In this document: positions 1-13,626 of the stretch, in pieces
Layout: the number at the start of each line of letters is the position of its first letter
Numbering within the stretch: the stretch's first letter is position 1
Source: Eledone cirrhosa
Taxonomy: Eukaryota
Assembly: GCA_964016885.1 (NCBI GenBank)
Contig: OZ024741.1
Location: forward strand, 147,560,001 to 147,624,000
Length of the DNA: 64,000 nt
Direction: 5' to 3'
Translations under genes and position numbers: made by a program
The notes under the pieces: model-generated
Told to the model about the DNA's origin: nothing
The model's input: the letters and a program-made list of their open reading frames with translations, nothing else
Database searches by the model: none

Positions 1-1088
1 TGGAGCCCTCTTCGGCAATTGTGTTGCTGGTGTAGCTACTTCAAATGTAGCTATTGGTGTTGCCGCCACTGATGCTGCTACTTTAGTTGTCCGTAGCCTT
101 GGTACGGGTGCTACAGACGTAACCCTCCTATTCACCGTGGAAGAGGCTTCTGCGTTTGTTTCCTGCCCTGCTCTTGGTAGCAGCGGACCAGGTATTGGAA
201 AGAGAGGGGCCTTCTTCTTCGGTGTCTTCTGCGGGCAAAAGGCCCTGAGGTGACCTTTCGACCCACAGAGATAACATTTTGGACATCTTCCTTCTACGCT
301 TATAGAGAATTGGAGTCCTTCTTCGATGTCTATGATATTGGGGATAGCGTCGATACATTCCTGGTCAGTTTGTATAAGCATTTGCATGCCTATACCTGAC
401 CAGTTCTCTCTCCCTATTTTCTCTACTTGCAGCATGGTCGTCCTGTCCTCGATTCCAGCAAGGACAGACGTGGCCAGCCAAGGTATGGGCACGTCGGGTG
501 GGACCTGGGTCACTTTGACCCTCAGTAGGAGGGCACCAAGACTATCTCCTCACTCTTTAAGGTTTCCAAAGAGTGAGACTTCGCTTCCTGGGTGGTGGCG
601 AAAAGTACGTCTACTGTGGCGTACTTTCTGCCTCGGGTGATGTGGGTTTTGCGTGCCCAGACGCACCCCAAGGCCTTTTGGATTTGAGCCTCCGTGGCTC
701 TCTCAACTCGATGTGAGATTTTGCTTACGGTGCGGTAAGTCACCGTCCGTAGCTGCTGGTCCTTGAAAAAATCGGGTAGAGGTTTAAGGGAGACTCTATT
801 GGCGCTTCTTGTCACCATGGCCCTTGCGACTGCCATCTCTGTCATCATGGCCCTTGCGACTAACACTGTCTCGATATTTCGGGCGACACCTGCAAAAGAA
901 GTGGTCCTTTTTCAGCAGCACCACTATTGTTGCCGCTACTGGTCTTACTGGTGGTGCTGAGATCGCTATTACAGGTATCGATGTCATTGTTGATGTTTTC
1001 ATTGGTACAGTTGTTGGTGTTGTTGTTGTTTTCGTTGATACTGTTGTTGTTTTCGTTGATACTGTTATTGTGGCTGCCTTTTAGCAAA
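1..1088 (-). mobile_element. Tx1-clade LINE copy B, ORF1 region (runs off window start)
   Basis: ORF 522-866 (LRTVTYRTVSKISHRVERATEAQIQKALGCVWARKTHITRGRKYATVDVLF...LVPSY) aligns by eye to ORF1 of the copy at 47805-48815 (LCTVSYRTINVKSRRVERASESQIHKALGHVWARKTHIRRGQKYGTVDVFF...LVPSY); Asn/Thr-rich N-terminus 860-1087; stops present. Confidence 0.85.
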
Positions 1089-4000
1089 TGTACTGGGGGC
1101 GCAGTACTTCTCTCTCCACCCTCACCTTCCTTTCCATGTGAAATTTGAAAAAGTTGATGAGGGATTGGCCGAAGAGAAAAATGTCTGTCTTCAGTCCTTC
1201 AACCTGGTCTACCATACAACCTCTTTTTCTACTGCCGCCAAACACAGGAAAATGGCCAAAAGAAAGCGGCGGGTCGATCTTCACTATGGACTCTGTTGAT
1301 AGCCAGATCCGTTCTACACACGACAACAGCTGTTCGATATAACCCCACAAGTCAGTAATGCACGGACACTAGACAAGGGGGTGCAGAATATTTTCGTCAC
1401 TCTGCACGCATCTCAGGCAGGTCCGTCTGACAGCACTTCCGTACCTGTAGAGTTTATCTTGAACTGGCAGTGACCCCCCCCCCCCCCCCCCGGTAGCAAT
1501 GGATTTTTGGAAGTTATCCATGGTACCCTGCTCAAAAATCCTCTAGGACAGATTGGTTAGTTCGACTTCGTTGATGCCCAGAGCCTCTCCGAGAGCGTCG
1601 TCGCACTTGCCCATCCCTAATCCTCTATAGAACTTGAGAGTGGAAGTTTCACTGACCACATTTTCCCCCTGGTAGAGGGCAGTGAGTTCCTGGCAACATT
1701 CCAAATGCCAGTCACCCAGTCTTGGTCTCTTCTTGACCCAGGACTGCAGCTCAGTCAAAGTGACGAGCTGCGAAAACGCCCGTCTGACAAACAGCGACCA
1801 CACTTGTTCACCGTTTAGACAGAATATCTGGAAATGCAGCACCTCAGTGCATGTCTGCGAATCATTAGCCACAGTATGCCCAGCCCTCCGAGTAGAGGGT
1901 GCTGGTAGCAGATGGACCGCCTCATCAATGGAACCTGTCCCCTCCACAACAATTTGAAGAGGCGTCATTCTAACTTGGCAGGGCGCGGACGGGGTCAAGG
2001 CATGACGGTCAGGCGATAGCAGATTACAGACATCATGTACGCATTTGCCACCTCCGTCAGACCTTTCAGTGACAGCTTCCTCGCAGGCCATTTCTGAGTG
2101 AGACTGGCTACCCTGCTCGTCACCTCGTCCCAATTCTTGCCCACCTGGAGGTCTGGTCCGAACCAAACCCCAAACAACTTTACCGGTCCGCCCGTCCAGC
2201 GCCCAACGACGCTGTTCGACAGCATGGACGGGCCTCTCCAGGTGCTGAGTTGCAAGCCCACTGACTTTTCCTCGATTTCCAAGGTGTCTGACACCATTAC
2301 GGTGATGTCGTCTACATAAGCCAACACAGGCTTTCTGCATCCTGGTTTGAGTGGGATGCCCTGCAACAGCTCCATTCCGCAGTAAAGGCTCAAGAGTCAA
2401 TACTTACAGAAGGGAGGAGAGATAACACCCTTGATGGACCACTCGAATGATCTGAAACGGTTCCGAGAGGTGGCCATTAACTTTGACTACCAAGCAGATG
2501 CTGCTGTGCAGTGCAACGATCCAGCTTCTGAAGACGGGGCGAAAGCGAGCTGCCTTGAGGACAGCGTCCAGGTACTAACGGTCAGCCCTATCAAATGCTT
2601 TTGATTGATCTAAATTGATCAGAGCCCCACCGAAGCCAGGTTTACACCCTGCCCTCTCTATGAGGTATCGCATGATGTGGAGGTTGTCATGTATGGACCT
2701 GGTTGGGATTGCACAAGTTTGCGTCTCCCCAACCAAATCTTCGACAACAAGCACCAACTCTTCGCTAACACCTTGGCCAAAATCTTAAACTCTGTGTTGA
2801 GCAGAGTTATAGGCCTGAAGTTATCTAATGTGTCGCTCTTGTTCTTGTCTTTCCTTATCAGTATCACTACACCCTGGCTCACAGAACTGGGAATACTCAC
2901 ATTCTGCTGCCAGTTGCAGTAGAGGGCTTTGAGGAGATTGGAAAACAAGTCTGGTATATTTACGTAAAGCTCGTAGGGTAGACCATCCAAACCGGGTGAC
3001 TTGCACCTCATACAGCTGACAAAGGCATCCTGAATTTTGGCTGAAGTAATCAGACTTTTGCAGTGCTCAGCGTCAGCCACCGAGAGGCGCAGCAAGCCAT
3101 CGAGTTAGAGACTGAAATCCATTACCATCTCTGACCCACCACTCCCCCCGAAGAACCGAACAAAGTGCTGGCGAAAGGCCTCACACATCCACCTGGAATT
3201 GCTCAGCTCATGTCGGTCTTGGTACGTCAAAGACTGAATTGTGGTTTTATTACCATGCTGTGCCTCTGCCACACGGGCCCATCGAGCAGCTTTGGTTCCT
3301 TCGTTTCTCAGAGCAGGCGCCTTAACTCTGACAATGCAACCTTTATGTTTCGCATTAAAGAAATGGTCTAATGCCATTCTCACTGCTAGCACGTCAGTTG
3401 CAATGCCACTACCAATAGCCTCATCTAACTTAGCTACCAGCTCCTCCTCCTTTCTATTTTTCTCTAACGCTATTTCTTTGCTAAACCCTATCAAAGTTAC
3501 TCTAATCTCTCTTTTGAGAGCCCCCATCACCTGTTGTTGACGACACCCCTCGTCAACTTTTGCTTAACTAAATTGTTGACCCAGTCCCTGTAAGCATTAC
3601 GTGCCACAAACAACATGTTCAGCTTCCAGTAACCAGGTCCTAACCTACGCGTCTTATCTAGGTCGACCATACAGATCACACACTTGTGATCTGAATAGTT
3701 GACCGTTTTAAATCGTGGACAGCTTACACTTTCTGTCTATTTTCCTAATGAATATCCTGTCTATAAACAATCTAGATGAGCCCATGCGGTTGGTCCAGGT
3801 CCACACTGGTGCATTAGGGAAATCTAGTCAATACCTGTCAGACAGTTGGAACTGGCTGATCAGGTACTTGAGACTTTTGCACCGCCTGCTCCTATCAGCT
3901 ACTCCCACACAATCCCAGCGTGCATCTATGATACTGTTCCAGTCACTCACCAACAGTAAAGGGCCTAAAGAAGTCCAGCCGGCTACGAGTCTAAAGGCAC

Positions 4001-5878
4001 CACCTTCGCTATTTTTCGTGTCAGGACCACCAACTTACCATCCGGGTTCCGAAAGATTGACCTTGCCTCAAGATCCAGGCCTTTTCTAAACACCACTGCC
4101 ACCCCACCTCCCATTCCCAGCCGACTAACAGATGCGAAGTTCTGATAGTCATCGAAAATGGAGGCTAGTACGTGTGTGTTGGAAATCCTGGTTTCGCTGA
4201 CGGCAATTACATCCATTTCTAAAGACCTGAGGTCATTGAGCAGGCGACCCTGCTTCCAGGGCGACCCAGACCACGAACATTTAAACTTCCTACTCTTAAT
4301 ATGGCCATGTTGGCAGGCTAAAAAGGAGAGGAAAGGTTTACTTACCTGCCAGGGTCTTGTGAAGGTTGGGTTGTTCAACCTCCATAGTTGGTGGGGTTTC
4401 TTTAGGGAACCTTTTTAAAACTCAATGTGGGTTTCAAGTTCAGGGTTCCCACGTCCCAAGGAAAGCTCGCTCAAATTCCTTTGTAAGAATCGAGCGACAT
4501 TCGCACCAGAAACAAATCTTCTGACATGCGAAATGTGCTCGATTAAAAAATCTTCCCCACTGTTTCAATTTCTTTAGTTCGTGCTATGAGGGCCATCAAT
4601 TCCTTGTTGGTCCTTCTGACAAGCACGAAGTTTTGTATGTTTTGTTAGTGCAGTTTTATTTGTTTGCATGACTGTGGTGGTAATGGTTTTGTTGGTGTTC
4701 TTTTGTTTGTGTTTGTTGTGGGTGCGGTGTCTGTTGTTTCAGATGTTTGTGCATGTATTTGTTTTTGTGTCTGTTTTGGTTGTTTGCGTTTGGGGGGTGT
4801 TGTTGGGGAGATGTTTGCTTGGGTGGTGACTGCATTTTTTATTGTGGGTGTTTTGTGCTTTGCGGAGTTTTTTTCTTTGTTTGTTTTCTTTTTTGTTTTT
4901 GGGGGCATTAGGGTTTTCCCTCATCTTCACTACTGGAAGATAAGGGGTCTGTGGCTGTAAGTGTGTCTGTGTCTGGGTTTATATTTTTGTTCCTGTGTGT
5001 ATTTTTGGGGGAAGGGGGAATGGGATAGATTTCCTTGTTTTCCCCCTGGGTGGCCAATGTTGGTGGTGGGGTTTCCGTTGGTGTTGTTGTTGGTGGTTTT
5101 GCTGGTGGTGTTAGTGGAGGTCCTCGCCCTGGCGTCGGCAGCAGTGGAGACCTTTGACCCCTTGCTCCTTTCAGCAGTTGAGGGCAGAAGGCTCGCAAAT
5201 GGGTTGTTTCTCCACAAACAAAACAATGCGCTCCACTGCTTCAATGGCTTCTGCCAGGACAGTTAAGTAGGCCCAGGTTTGCTCTTGTTTGATGAGCTTC
5301 CAGGCCAGGACCAACTTTTCATCTTTATTTGAGAGGTCCATGCTGAAGCATGGCCTCTTTTTGGCTGCTGTCATAGCAAAAGTGTTGGTGATGTTGTTCT
5401 TGTTGGTGTTGTTGCAGTTTGTTGTATCCTTGGTGCCATTGTTGTTTTCAGTAGAGTTGGTTTTGGTGTTGTCGCTGTTCATGTTCTTGTTGGTGGTGTT
5501 AATTTCAACGTTTTTGTTGTTATTGTTTCTGTTGTCTGTCTTTTGGTTATCGCTGTTACTGCTGTGGTTGGTGTTGTCATTTTTTTGTAGGTTAGTGTTC
5601 TCACTGTTGCTGTTGTTGCTGTCGTTTTTCATGTTGTTTGTGGTGGTGTTTGTGGTGGTGTTCACTGTATCCCTCCTCTCAACATTTAAGCCGCTGTCAC
5701 ATGACAGCAGACTTGCCATTGTTTTTTTTTCTTGATAATTTTTTTTTATATACAAAAAGTTCAAATATTATAGTGTCTCTCCTTCACAGGTTATAAGACG
5801 GAAGTCTTATAACCCTTCTGCAAAAAATATAGCAACTTGTGGAGCTCACAAAAAATACGTCTTCACTGTCTGACATCC
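1089..5878 (-). mobile_element. Tx1-clade LINE copy A, near full-length and decayed (ORF1 with zinc knuckle; ORF2 APE endonuclease + RT)
   Basis: ORF2 begins at 4308 MAILRVGSLNVRGLG, then VIAVSETR (APE), KSPGLDGLPYELY, NFRPITLLNTEFKILAK, LDQSKAFDR, YVDDITV (RT); ORF1 knuckle CFVCGETTHLRAFCP near 5180-5225; many frameshifts; 3' end missing. Confidence 0.93.
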
Positions 5879-5904
5879 AATAATAATAATAATAATAATA
5901 ATAA

Positions 5905-7441
5905 TGTTTTCTTTATTAACCACAAGGGTTGACATAAAGTATAACATTAAGGACAGTACAGGACTGTACAGATGGGCATTTCTGTGTGTAAAGAAAAAAC
6001 AAAGGAAATGACAAAAAAGAAACAAAGGAAAATTCCCCAATAGGAGGGGGGAGACTTCCAAGAGACACTCATGGAGAAAGCCCATTAAAAAAGCCACGGT
6101 GACCCTGACCACCAGAGCAAGTGCCCTCTCTCAGTTTTCCACCTCCAATTTACAGGCACATACTCAGAGTAGGCCCATTCACTCGGGCCATACTTGCTTC
6201 TCTCACCCATCTTTCAGCAAATTGCTGGGAAGAGAGCACTTCCCTCTCCACCCTGATTTTCCTTTTCAAATGAAATTTGAAAAAGTTAATCAGGGCATCA
6301 CTGAAGAGGTAAGTTCTCATCTTCAGCCCTTTCAAATGTGTCAACCACACGACCTCTTTCACTATGGCCACCAAACAGATAAAAACTACCTGCCCTTCCT
6401 GGCTAAAGAAAGATGGCAGGGCAATCCTCACGATGGACTCAGCTGATAGAAGGATCCGTCCTACATGCAACAGCAGGTGTTCGACATAGACCCACAAGTC
6501 AACAATGCTTAGACATTGGACAAGTGTGTGCAGCATGGTTTCATCGCCCTGTGCACATCTCAGACAGGCCTGGCTGATAGCACTTCCATGCCTGTAGAGT
6601 TTATCCCGAACTAGCAAAGCTCCTCGGAAGCATTGCCAGGCCAGGAATTTTTGGAAGTTGTCCATGAGCCCCAGCCCACAAGTTCTCCCGAAGAGATTGG
6701 CTAGTTCATTTTTGTCAACGCCCAGAGTCTCTCCAAGGACGTCATCGCTCTTTCCTTCCACTAACCCTCTATAGAATGCCAAGGTGGAGTTTCCACTGAT
6801 CGCAAGGTGGAGTTTCCCCTGATTGCTCCTGTTACTGGTTTGTATTCTTTTAGTGTAGTGCCAACCACCTCGATGTGTTTGGCATTCGACACTACTACAG
6901 TGATGTCGTCGGCATATGCTGACACGATTCTCCCATATCCTAATTCACGCGGGATGCCCCTCAACGTCTCCAGTTTGTGCAGTAATGGCTCAAGAGTCAA
7001 TACGTACAACAGGGATGAGAGAGGACATCCTTGGCAGACCGAGCGCATGATGTTAAACAGTTCCGAAAGGTGACCGTTTACTCTCACCACAGAATAGATG
7101 TCGCTGTGCATGGCAGCAATCCAGCCTCTGAAGATGGGCTCAAAGCCGGCCGCCCTCAGGGCCGCCACCAGATAACGATGGTTGACCCTATCGAAAGCTT
7201 TCAACTGACCTAAATTGATCAAAGCCCCTCCCATACCAGATTTGTTAGCTAACCTCTCCATGATGTATCGCATGAGGTGGAGGTTGTCGTGGATGGATCA
7301 ATCTGGACTGGCGCATGTCTGCGCCTCTCCCACCAGACCACCAACGACAAGTGCCAAACACTTTGCTAGCACCTTGGACAAAATCTTGAACTCTGCGTTT
7401 AGCAGAGTTATGGGCCTGAAATTATCTATCTTGCCCCCCTT
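5905..7441 (-). mobile_element. Tx1-clade LINE copy C, 5'-truncated, internal deletion near 6810, intact 3' end followed by (ATT)n
   Basis: RT motifs KAFDRVNH, QGCPLSSLLY, YADDITV (6761-7273); C-terminal CLRCAQGDETMLHTLVQC zinc-binding motif (6150-6782); 3' end AATAAAGAAAAC(ATT)n. Confidence 0.92.
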
Positions 7442-8116
7442 GATTTATTTTTGAAACATAGAAAAAGGAAATTTGGAAATATGTTTGTTTTTTATAAAGC
7501 TACCATAATGCAGATGAACTATAAATAATTGTCAAATACGTTGGATAAAATACTCTTCGTGTTGGGAAAATAATAGACTGAAATAATAATCATTTTGTAC
7601 CCACTTTTCCATGCTGGTATGTGTTGAACAGCTCATTATGGACCTCCTAAATGGATCATGGAACCACAACTCACTTGATACATTTTAGTTTTGGCATGGT
7701 TTCTACAACCAGGTACCTTTTCTACTGGGTGTATTTCATCATGGCACCAGTACTAGGGAGGTTGTTATATCCTTAACACAACTGAAGAGTCCTCTCAACC
7801 CTTTTTTGGCTTAGTTTCTACACCTAGATGGTTGTCATAATGCCAACCACTTTACAGAGTGTACTGGGTACATTTTATCATGGCATCTGCACTATGATTA
7901 GACAATGATATGGGATACAAATATAGAAGATTCTTAGTTTTAAATTAATGATTCTAAGTCAATAATGATTCTGTCTATTATAAAACCAGGATATTTTTGT
8001 TGTTGTAAACATGGTAAATAACATAACATGATATAAGATGAATTTTTTTTAAATGTTTTCCTATGTCAAATTATTTTCTTATTTACATATACACATCTTT
8101 TCATCTTTGTCCAAAT

Positions 8117-8176
<60 letters not shown>

Positions 8177-9117
8177 CAGCAGCAGCAGCAACAGTAGTGT
8201 TGAATTACCAAAATGATGGAACTTTGAATCACCATATAATCTATTATAACATCACAAATTCTTTCCAGGTCTTTCTCTGTCTTGTTATGTTTTTATTTTA
8301 CACATAAAAAAATATTGTTTGAAAACTTCAATTCTATTGAATTTAAACAGGTTTTTGTTTTTACTAGCAGAATATCAAGAATACTTTGCAAGTGAGAGGT
8401 ATCCACCTTCTCAAACAAGAAAATTATTTATGACAAGTTGTGTTGTTTTGTGCATGTGTGTGTGTTTTAAGTTGTTGTTGTTTTTGAATTTAACTCTCAG
8501 GCTGCAAAGTGGCAGTATCATTAAAACATCAGATAGAATGCATTGTAATATTCATCCCAGATCTACGCACTCTGAATTTAAATCCCACTGAGGTCAACTT
8601 GCCTTGCATCCTTTCAAGGTCAATAAATAAAGTATCAGTTCTCTACTCAAGTCAATTCTTTCTCTTTCTCTCTCTCTTCTGGAAGAAATCAGTTGTGTTT
8701 TGGCTAGGAGAGGGATAGGCTCTGCCAGAGTTTAAATACCCAAGACATATGTCATGATTGCCTTCTTACAACTCTGTCAGGAGTGCACGTCATGTGGCAT
8801 TTGACCCTTGATCACATGATAGGGAATAAAATCCAAAGGTGCTGTATTTTGTTCACAGGAAATAATCACTTGACAAAGAGGGTATAAAGTCACTACACAT
8901 GTATTTTATCTGTATGTTATTCATCTATTTGTTTATTTAATGTGCTCTTTGGAGAAATTTAAATATATCAAACACACTGGCATATGCATGGCTGTGTGGT
9001 TAGAAAGTTCTCTTTACAACCATGTGGTTTTGGATTCAATCATGTTGTGTGGCAGGCTGAGTGAAATTTGTTACACAGAAACTGCAGAAGCTCATTGTAT
9101 ATGTATGTGTATATATA

Positions 9118-9516
9118 CATCATCATCATCATCATCATCATCATTTTACGTCCACTTTTCCCTGCTTGCAAGGGTAGGATGGGAACTGATTCTGGCTTGA
9201 TTTATACAGCTGGATGCCCTTCCTAACACCAACCTCATCTACAGTGAGTGCTGGGTGCTTTTTTTCCGTGGCACTTACACAACCACTTTACAGTGTGGGC
9301 TGCGTGCTTTTTTTGCCGTGGCACCTCCACAACCACTTTGCAGTGGAATGATAGGGAACCCAGTCCTATCATCTCATTTCTACAGCTGAGTAAACTGGAG
9401 CAATGTGAAATAAAGTGTCTTGCTCAAGGAAACAACACATCTCCCGGTCTGAGACTTGAACTCACAATCTTTTGATTGCAAGGCCAATGTTCTAACCACT
9501 AGACCATGTGCCTTCA
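9118..9516 (-). mobile_element. tRNA-headed SINE with RTE-like 3' tail ending in (GAT)n; 5'-truncated second copy at 10646-10915
   Basis: Minus strand starts GAAGGCACATGGTCTAGTGGTTAGAACA (A box) ... GAGTTCAAGTC (B box), then CCTTGAGCAAGACACTT (CORE-like) and GGACGTAAAATGATGATG; 9118-9400 is nearly identical to 10646-10915. Confidence 0.75.
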
Positions 9517-10023
9517 TATATATATATATATTTAGTACAGATTAAAGTTTAAGCAAAGAATCACTGCTTTCACCCTTTTACAGGATCTTCTGAAACTATT
9601 TTCTCTACGGGTTTATATATATTTTTTTATTACATCTATATATATACAATCCTTTTCGAGCTCTCTTTGGATTTTTGTCTTCGTAATTATTATTACTATT
9701 GTGTGCATATATATATATATTTATATATATATATATATATAGATATATATACACACACATATATATACACACATATATATCTATACACACATATATAAAT
9801 ATATACACATACATAAATATACACACATATATTTATACACACATACATAAATATACACACATATATATTTATACACACATACATATATATATATACACAT
9901 ACACACACATATATATATATATATATATACACATACATATACATACACACATATATATCCATACACACATACATATAAATACACATACACATACATACAC
10001 ATACATACACATATATACACACA

Positions 10024-10630
10024 TGGTGGCTGCCAACTCGTTTTGGAGTACGGCCACTACTTTATATCCATGTAGGAGAACCCCTACCGATGCGCTGAAC
10101 GAGTGTGACTTTTTAGTCCAGCCAGCGACTTGAAAACTCTGGTACAAACACTACACTTGTGACAATTATTGACACATAGTGCTGGTCCCATGGTACCATG
10201 TGACGACAAGTGCAGAGAGATCTCCAGATACAAAGTAATGCCTGTGCCGTGAAGCTTTTATAGTGAGCAAAGGCACTGCACAAAGCCAGTCCCACTCTCT
10301 TAACCAAGATGATATTTACCAAAAAGAAGAACAAGTCAACATCATTGGATACCATCAGGGTTGCAGGTGTTATATCAGAGTTTTCCTTCTCCTAGAATTC
10401 TGCCTTGACAAAGGCTAAGGGGTCATCTCTCCCGGTGATTTTGGATGGCCATTGACTCTTAAGAGCTCCTTTGCCCTTTGACAGGTTTTGTTTTTAGTCC
10501 TGCAGGATGTCCAAAGTCACCCTCCTCACCAAGAAACATTGGTGGGGTTGCCAGTTTAGTCGCCAACGACCCGACCATGAGACAGGTTGTACTGGGATAC
10601 ATGTTACCAGTAGCACCAACTGGTGACCTG
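10024..10630 (-). mobile_element. Non-autonomous RTE-type derivative (5' UTR joined to the C-terminal zinc-finger end)
   Basis: 5' part has RTE-like UTR motifs (ACTGGCAACCCCACC, CTAGGAGAAGGAAAACTCTGA); 3' part encodes CSVCTRVFKSLAGLKSHTRSAHR*, the C2H2-like tail of RTE ORFs; bounded by (TA)/(CA) tracts. Confidence 0.6.
10551..10628 (-). ncRNA. Candidate HDV-like self-cleaving ribozyme (degenerate)
   Basis: RNA: GGUCAC..[ACCAGU/ACUGGU hairpin]..CCAGU(P2) ACAACCUGU CUCAUGGUC(P1') GG GUCG-UUGG-CGAC(P4) UAA ACUGG(P2'); element order matches the HDV double pseudoknot; P3/L3 imperfect. Confidence 0.5.
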
Positions 10631-13626
10631 ACATATATATATATATCATCATCATCATCATCATCATCATCATTTTACGTCCAATTTTCCCTGCTTGCAA
10701 GGGTGGGATGGGAACTGATTCTGGCTTGATTTCTACAGCTGGATGCAACCTCATTTACAGTGAGTGCTGGGTGCTTTTCCATGGCGCCTGCACGACCACT
10801 TTACAGTGTGGGCTGGGTGCTTTATTGCTGTAGCACCTCCACAACCACTTTGCAGTGGAATGATAGGAACCCCAGTCCTATCATCCCATTTCTACAGCTG
10901 AGTAAACTGGAACAATGTATGTATGTATGTGTATGTGTGGCTGTTTATGTCCCATAACTTAGCAGTTCGACAAAAAGAGATCGATAAAATATTGTAAAAG
11001 AATATATTTCCCAATCAGAGGAGAATTTTAACAGAAGTCAGTCAAGATACCAAAGTATTTCATCAATATATTCATTATATTACTCACTGAAAATGAAATG
11101 CCAATTAAAGAAAAATGAATACCAAAAAAGAGAATAATTTCAATGTAATACTAAACATGTATATATTAAGTCGGATGTTTATTTAAACCAGAGCCTTATA
11201 AAGTACAACATTGTTTGAAGGCATTCATTTTGTGATTTAACAACACAAACATCTGTTCTCAGAAATTGTGATTTTAATCTTGATATTTCACCCCCAAATT
11301 CTAAAATGTTTTTGTCTGCATTCTTTTTTAACTTATTTCCATCTTTTGGGAAATTGTTCTCGGGCCAATAGGAGAGAAATGACCTCTATAAAAATAAACT
11401 TCCTTTGGATTATGATAGGAGTGAGTGGCATGATTTAAAGTTATCTTTAAAAACATTCTTTCCACATTTCTGCTCAATATAATTGAATATGTACCATTAT
11501 AGAATACACATAAATCACATGCACAGATATGCCATGATAACTATAAATTGAAGTCCTCTTAGATTTGCAATATGGAAACCTGACAACAGATATTTCTTGA
11601 TTCAATCCACATAACCACTACGTCTATCTACAAATACTGTGAGACATACGCAACACATCATAAAATATACACACACATACATACACATAGCCATAAACTT
11701 CTCTCTGACACAATGAACAAGATAACCAAAAATATTAGCAACAGACCAGCACAGACAGACTCTACACTCAAACTACTATTTCTGAAATTATTTACACACC
11801 AGATAACTAGCACTACACTTACATAAACTGCTTGTGTTACTTATTACAAATGCTGAAATGTGTTATTGACCTGAGAAAGATGAAAGGCAAAGTTGATTCC
11901 AGTGATATCTGTACTCAGAACATAAAATGAAGTGGCTAAATACTGTAAGACATTTTGTCTGCATTCTACTAATTTTGCTTGAATTAAGGATGATAGTGGA
12001 GGAAATAACCAAAGGCTTTATGATAGAAGACTGGAGAATGTATATTTTACTTCTTCCCCTACTTTAGTTAGTCTATTAGTTAAGGGCCCTTAACTCTTGA
12101 TGAAATCATAAAGGTGCCATCCTGACACACAGCATGTCTTGAGCATTATAAAACCTAGTGGAGGCCGTCACTCTCCATGTCAGAAAACAACCAATTTCTT
12201 CAAGAGAAAGAGAGTGGAAGAGGATTAGTATTTTATTTATCGGCCACAAAAGAATAAGAGGCAAAGTTGACCTCAGCAGGATTTGCGTTAAATAACTTTA
12301 CTGTTCACCATCATCATCTTGTGATAAGTGAAATAAAATCCATCTTATTACAGAGTGCAGAAGTAGAACTAATGAGAATTAATTGAATTTTGTAAGAGAA
12401 ACAGAACCAAAAAATAAGATGAGACGAAATGATCAGAAATAATTCATTATCTAGTGTTATATCCCTAATATGATGCCCTTTTTCACGTGTTGGGTGTATT
12501 TAAAAGTCAGTATTTGTATTTCATCCAATGTTAGTTGGTACATTACAACAGATGAAAGTCAAAAGAAAATGTATGGTATTGAGAAGTGAGTTGTAAACCT
12601 CTGATAATCAATCGATAATCTATAGTTTAACAATTTTTTATTATTTTATTTGGAGAGTCATTCTTGAAAACATGTCAAGTGACCAAAAAGGATTTATATG
12701 AATGCTGGTAAATAATGAAAGAAAAAAGCAATATTTGAGAAAATCTAAATGTTGACGTTGAATGGTTCATTTAACAATCATGTTATTGATGACAAATGCT
12801 AAACTATTTACTGTATATGGTGTAGTGAAAATTCAAACACAGTGTAAAAATCGAAGATTACTACACTGATTGATTGGGAGAGTTCAGTCAAAATGATTTG
12901 CTTATTGACTGGAGAATTCAATGATATTTTGGTAAGCACTGGTGTACAACCTCATCATGGACATTAGTTATGGTGGTCATGGTGGTGGTGTTGGTGTTAT
13001 TGTAGAGTTGTTGTTTTTTTTATATAGAAAGAGAAAGGTGAATAGGAGTCAGATAATTATAGTGAGAGGAGAGCAAAACAGATACAGTGAAAGAATGAAA
13101 TTCACACCCATACATACATACATATATATGCATGTATATATATGTATGCATATATATATACATACTCACACACACACATCCCCCATTTTATGTATGGTGT
13201 ATGTGTGTGTTCATGTGTGTGTGTACGTATGTGTGTGTGTGTGTATGCATGGGTGTGTGTGTATGCATGGGTGTGTGTGTATGCATGGGTGTGTGTGTGT
13301 GCATGTGTGTGTATGCTACATGTATTATGTACTTTTTTTCTCATTTCAGTTTTGTCACATTTATCATCATCATCCTTTTTACATCTGCTTTTTCATACAT
13401 GCATGGGTTGAGACTGTGAAAAAGAAGATACACTAACTTTTCAACCTTTTTTTATTTAATCTAATACCAGAAGACAATAAAACCATATATATTCTATAAT
13501 ATATTTTTGATATCCTTAAAAAGATGGTCTTAATCAAACAGGAAAATACATGACACCAGCAAAAAGCTAACTGACAAAACCCTTTTTTTATATTAACCTT
13601 TTTATTGCCATATTATTAATGAAATT

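Noticed and set aside
1543-2400. 285-aa ORF and other long alternative-frame or antisense ORFs over the Tx1 copies
   Set aside because: Frameshifted mosaics or shadows of Tx1 ORF2, not separate genes
9560-9600. Minus-strand CAGAAGA-TCCT..AGGG-T-GAAAGCAGTG hammerhead-like remnant
   Set aside because: Core altered, non-cleavable GUG triplet and no stem I; too decayed to call
9605-10147. Long Y/I/C/V/H/T-rich ORFs here and at 13.1, 27.3, 42.5, 45-46, 50.8, 51.3 and 60.3 kb
   Set aside because: Translations of (TA)n/(CA)n microsatellites
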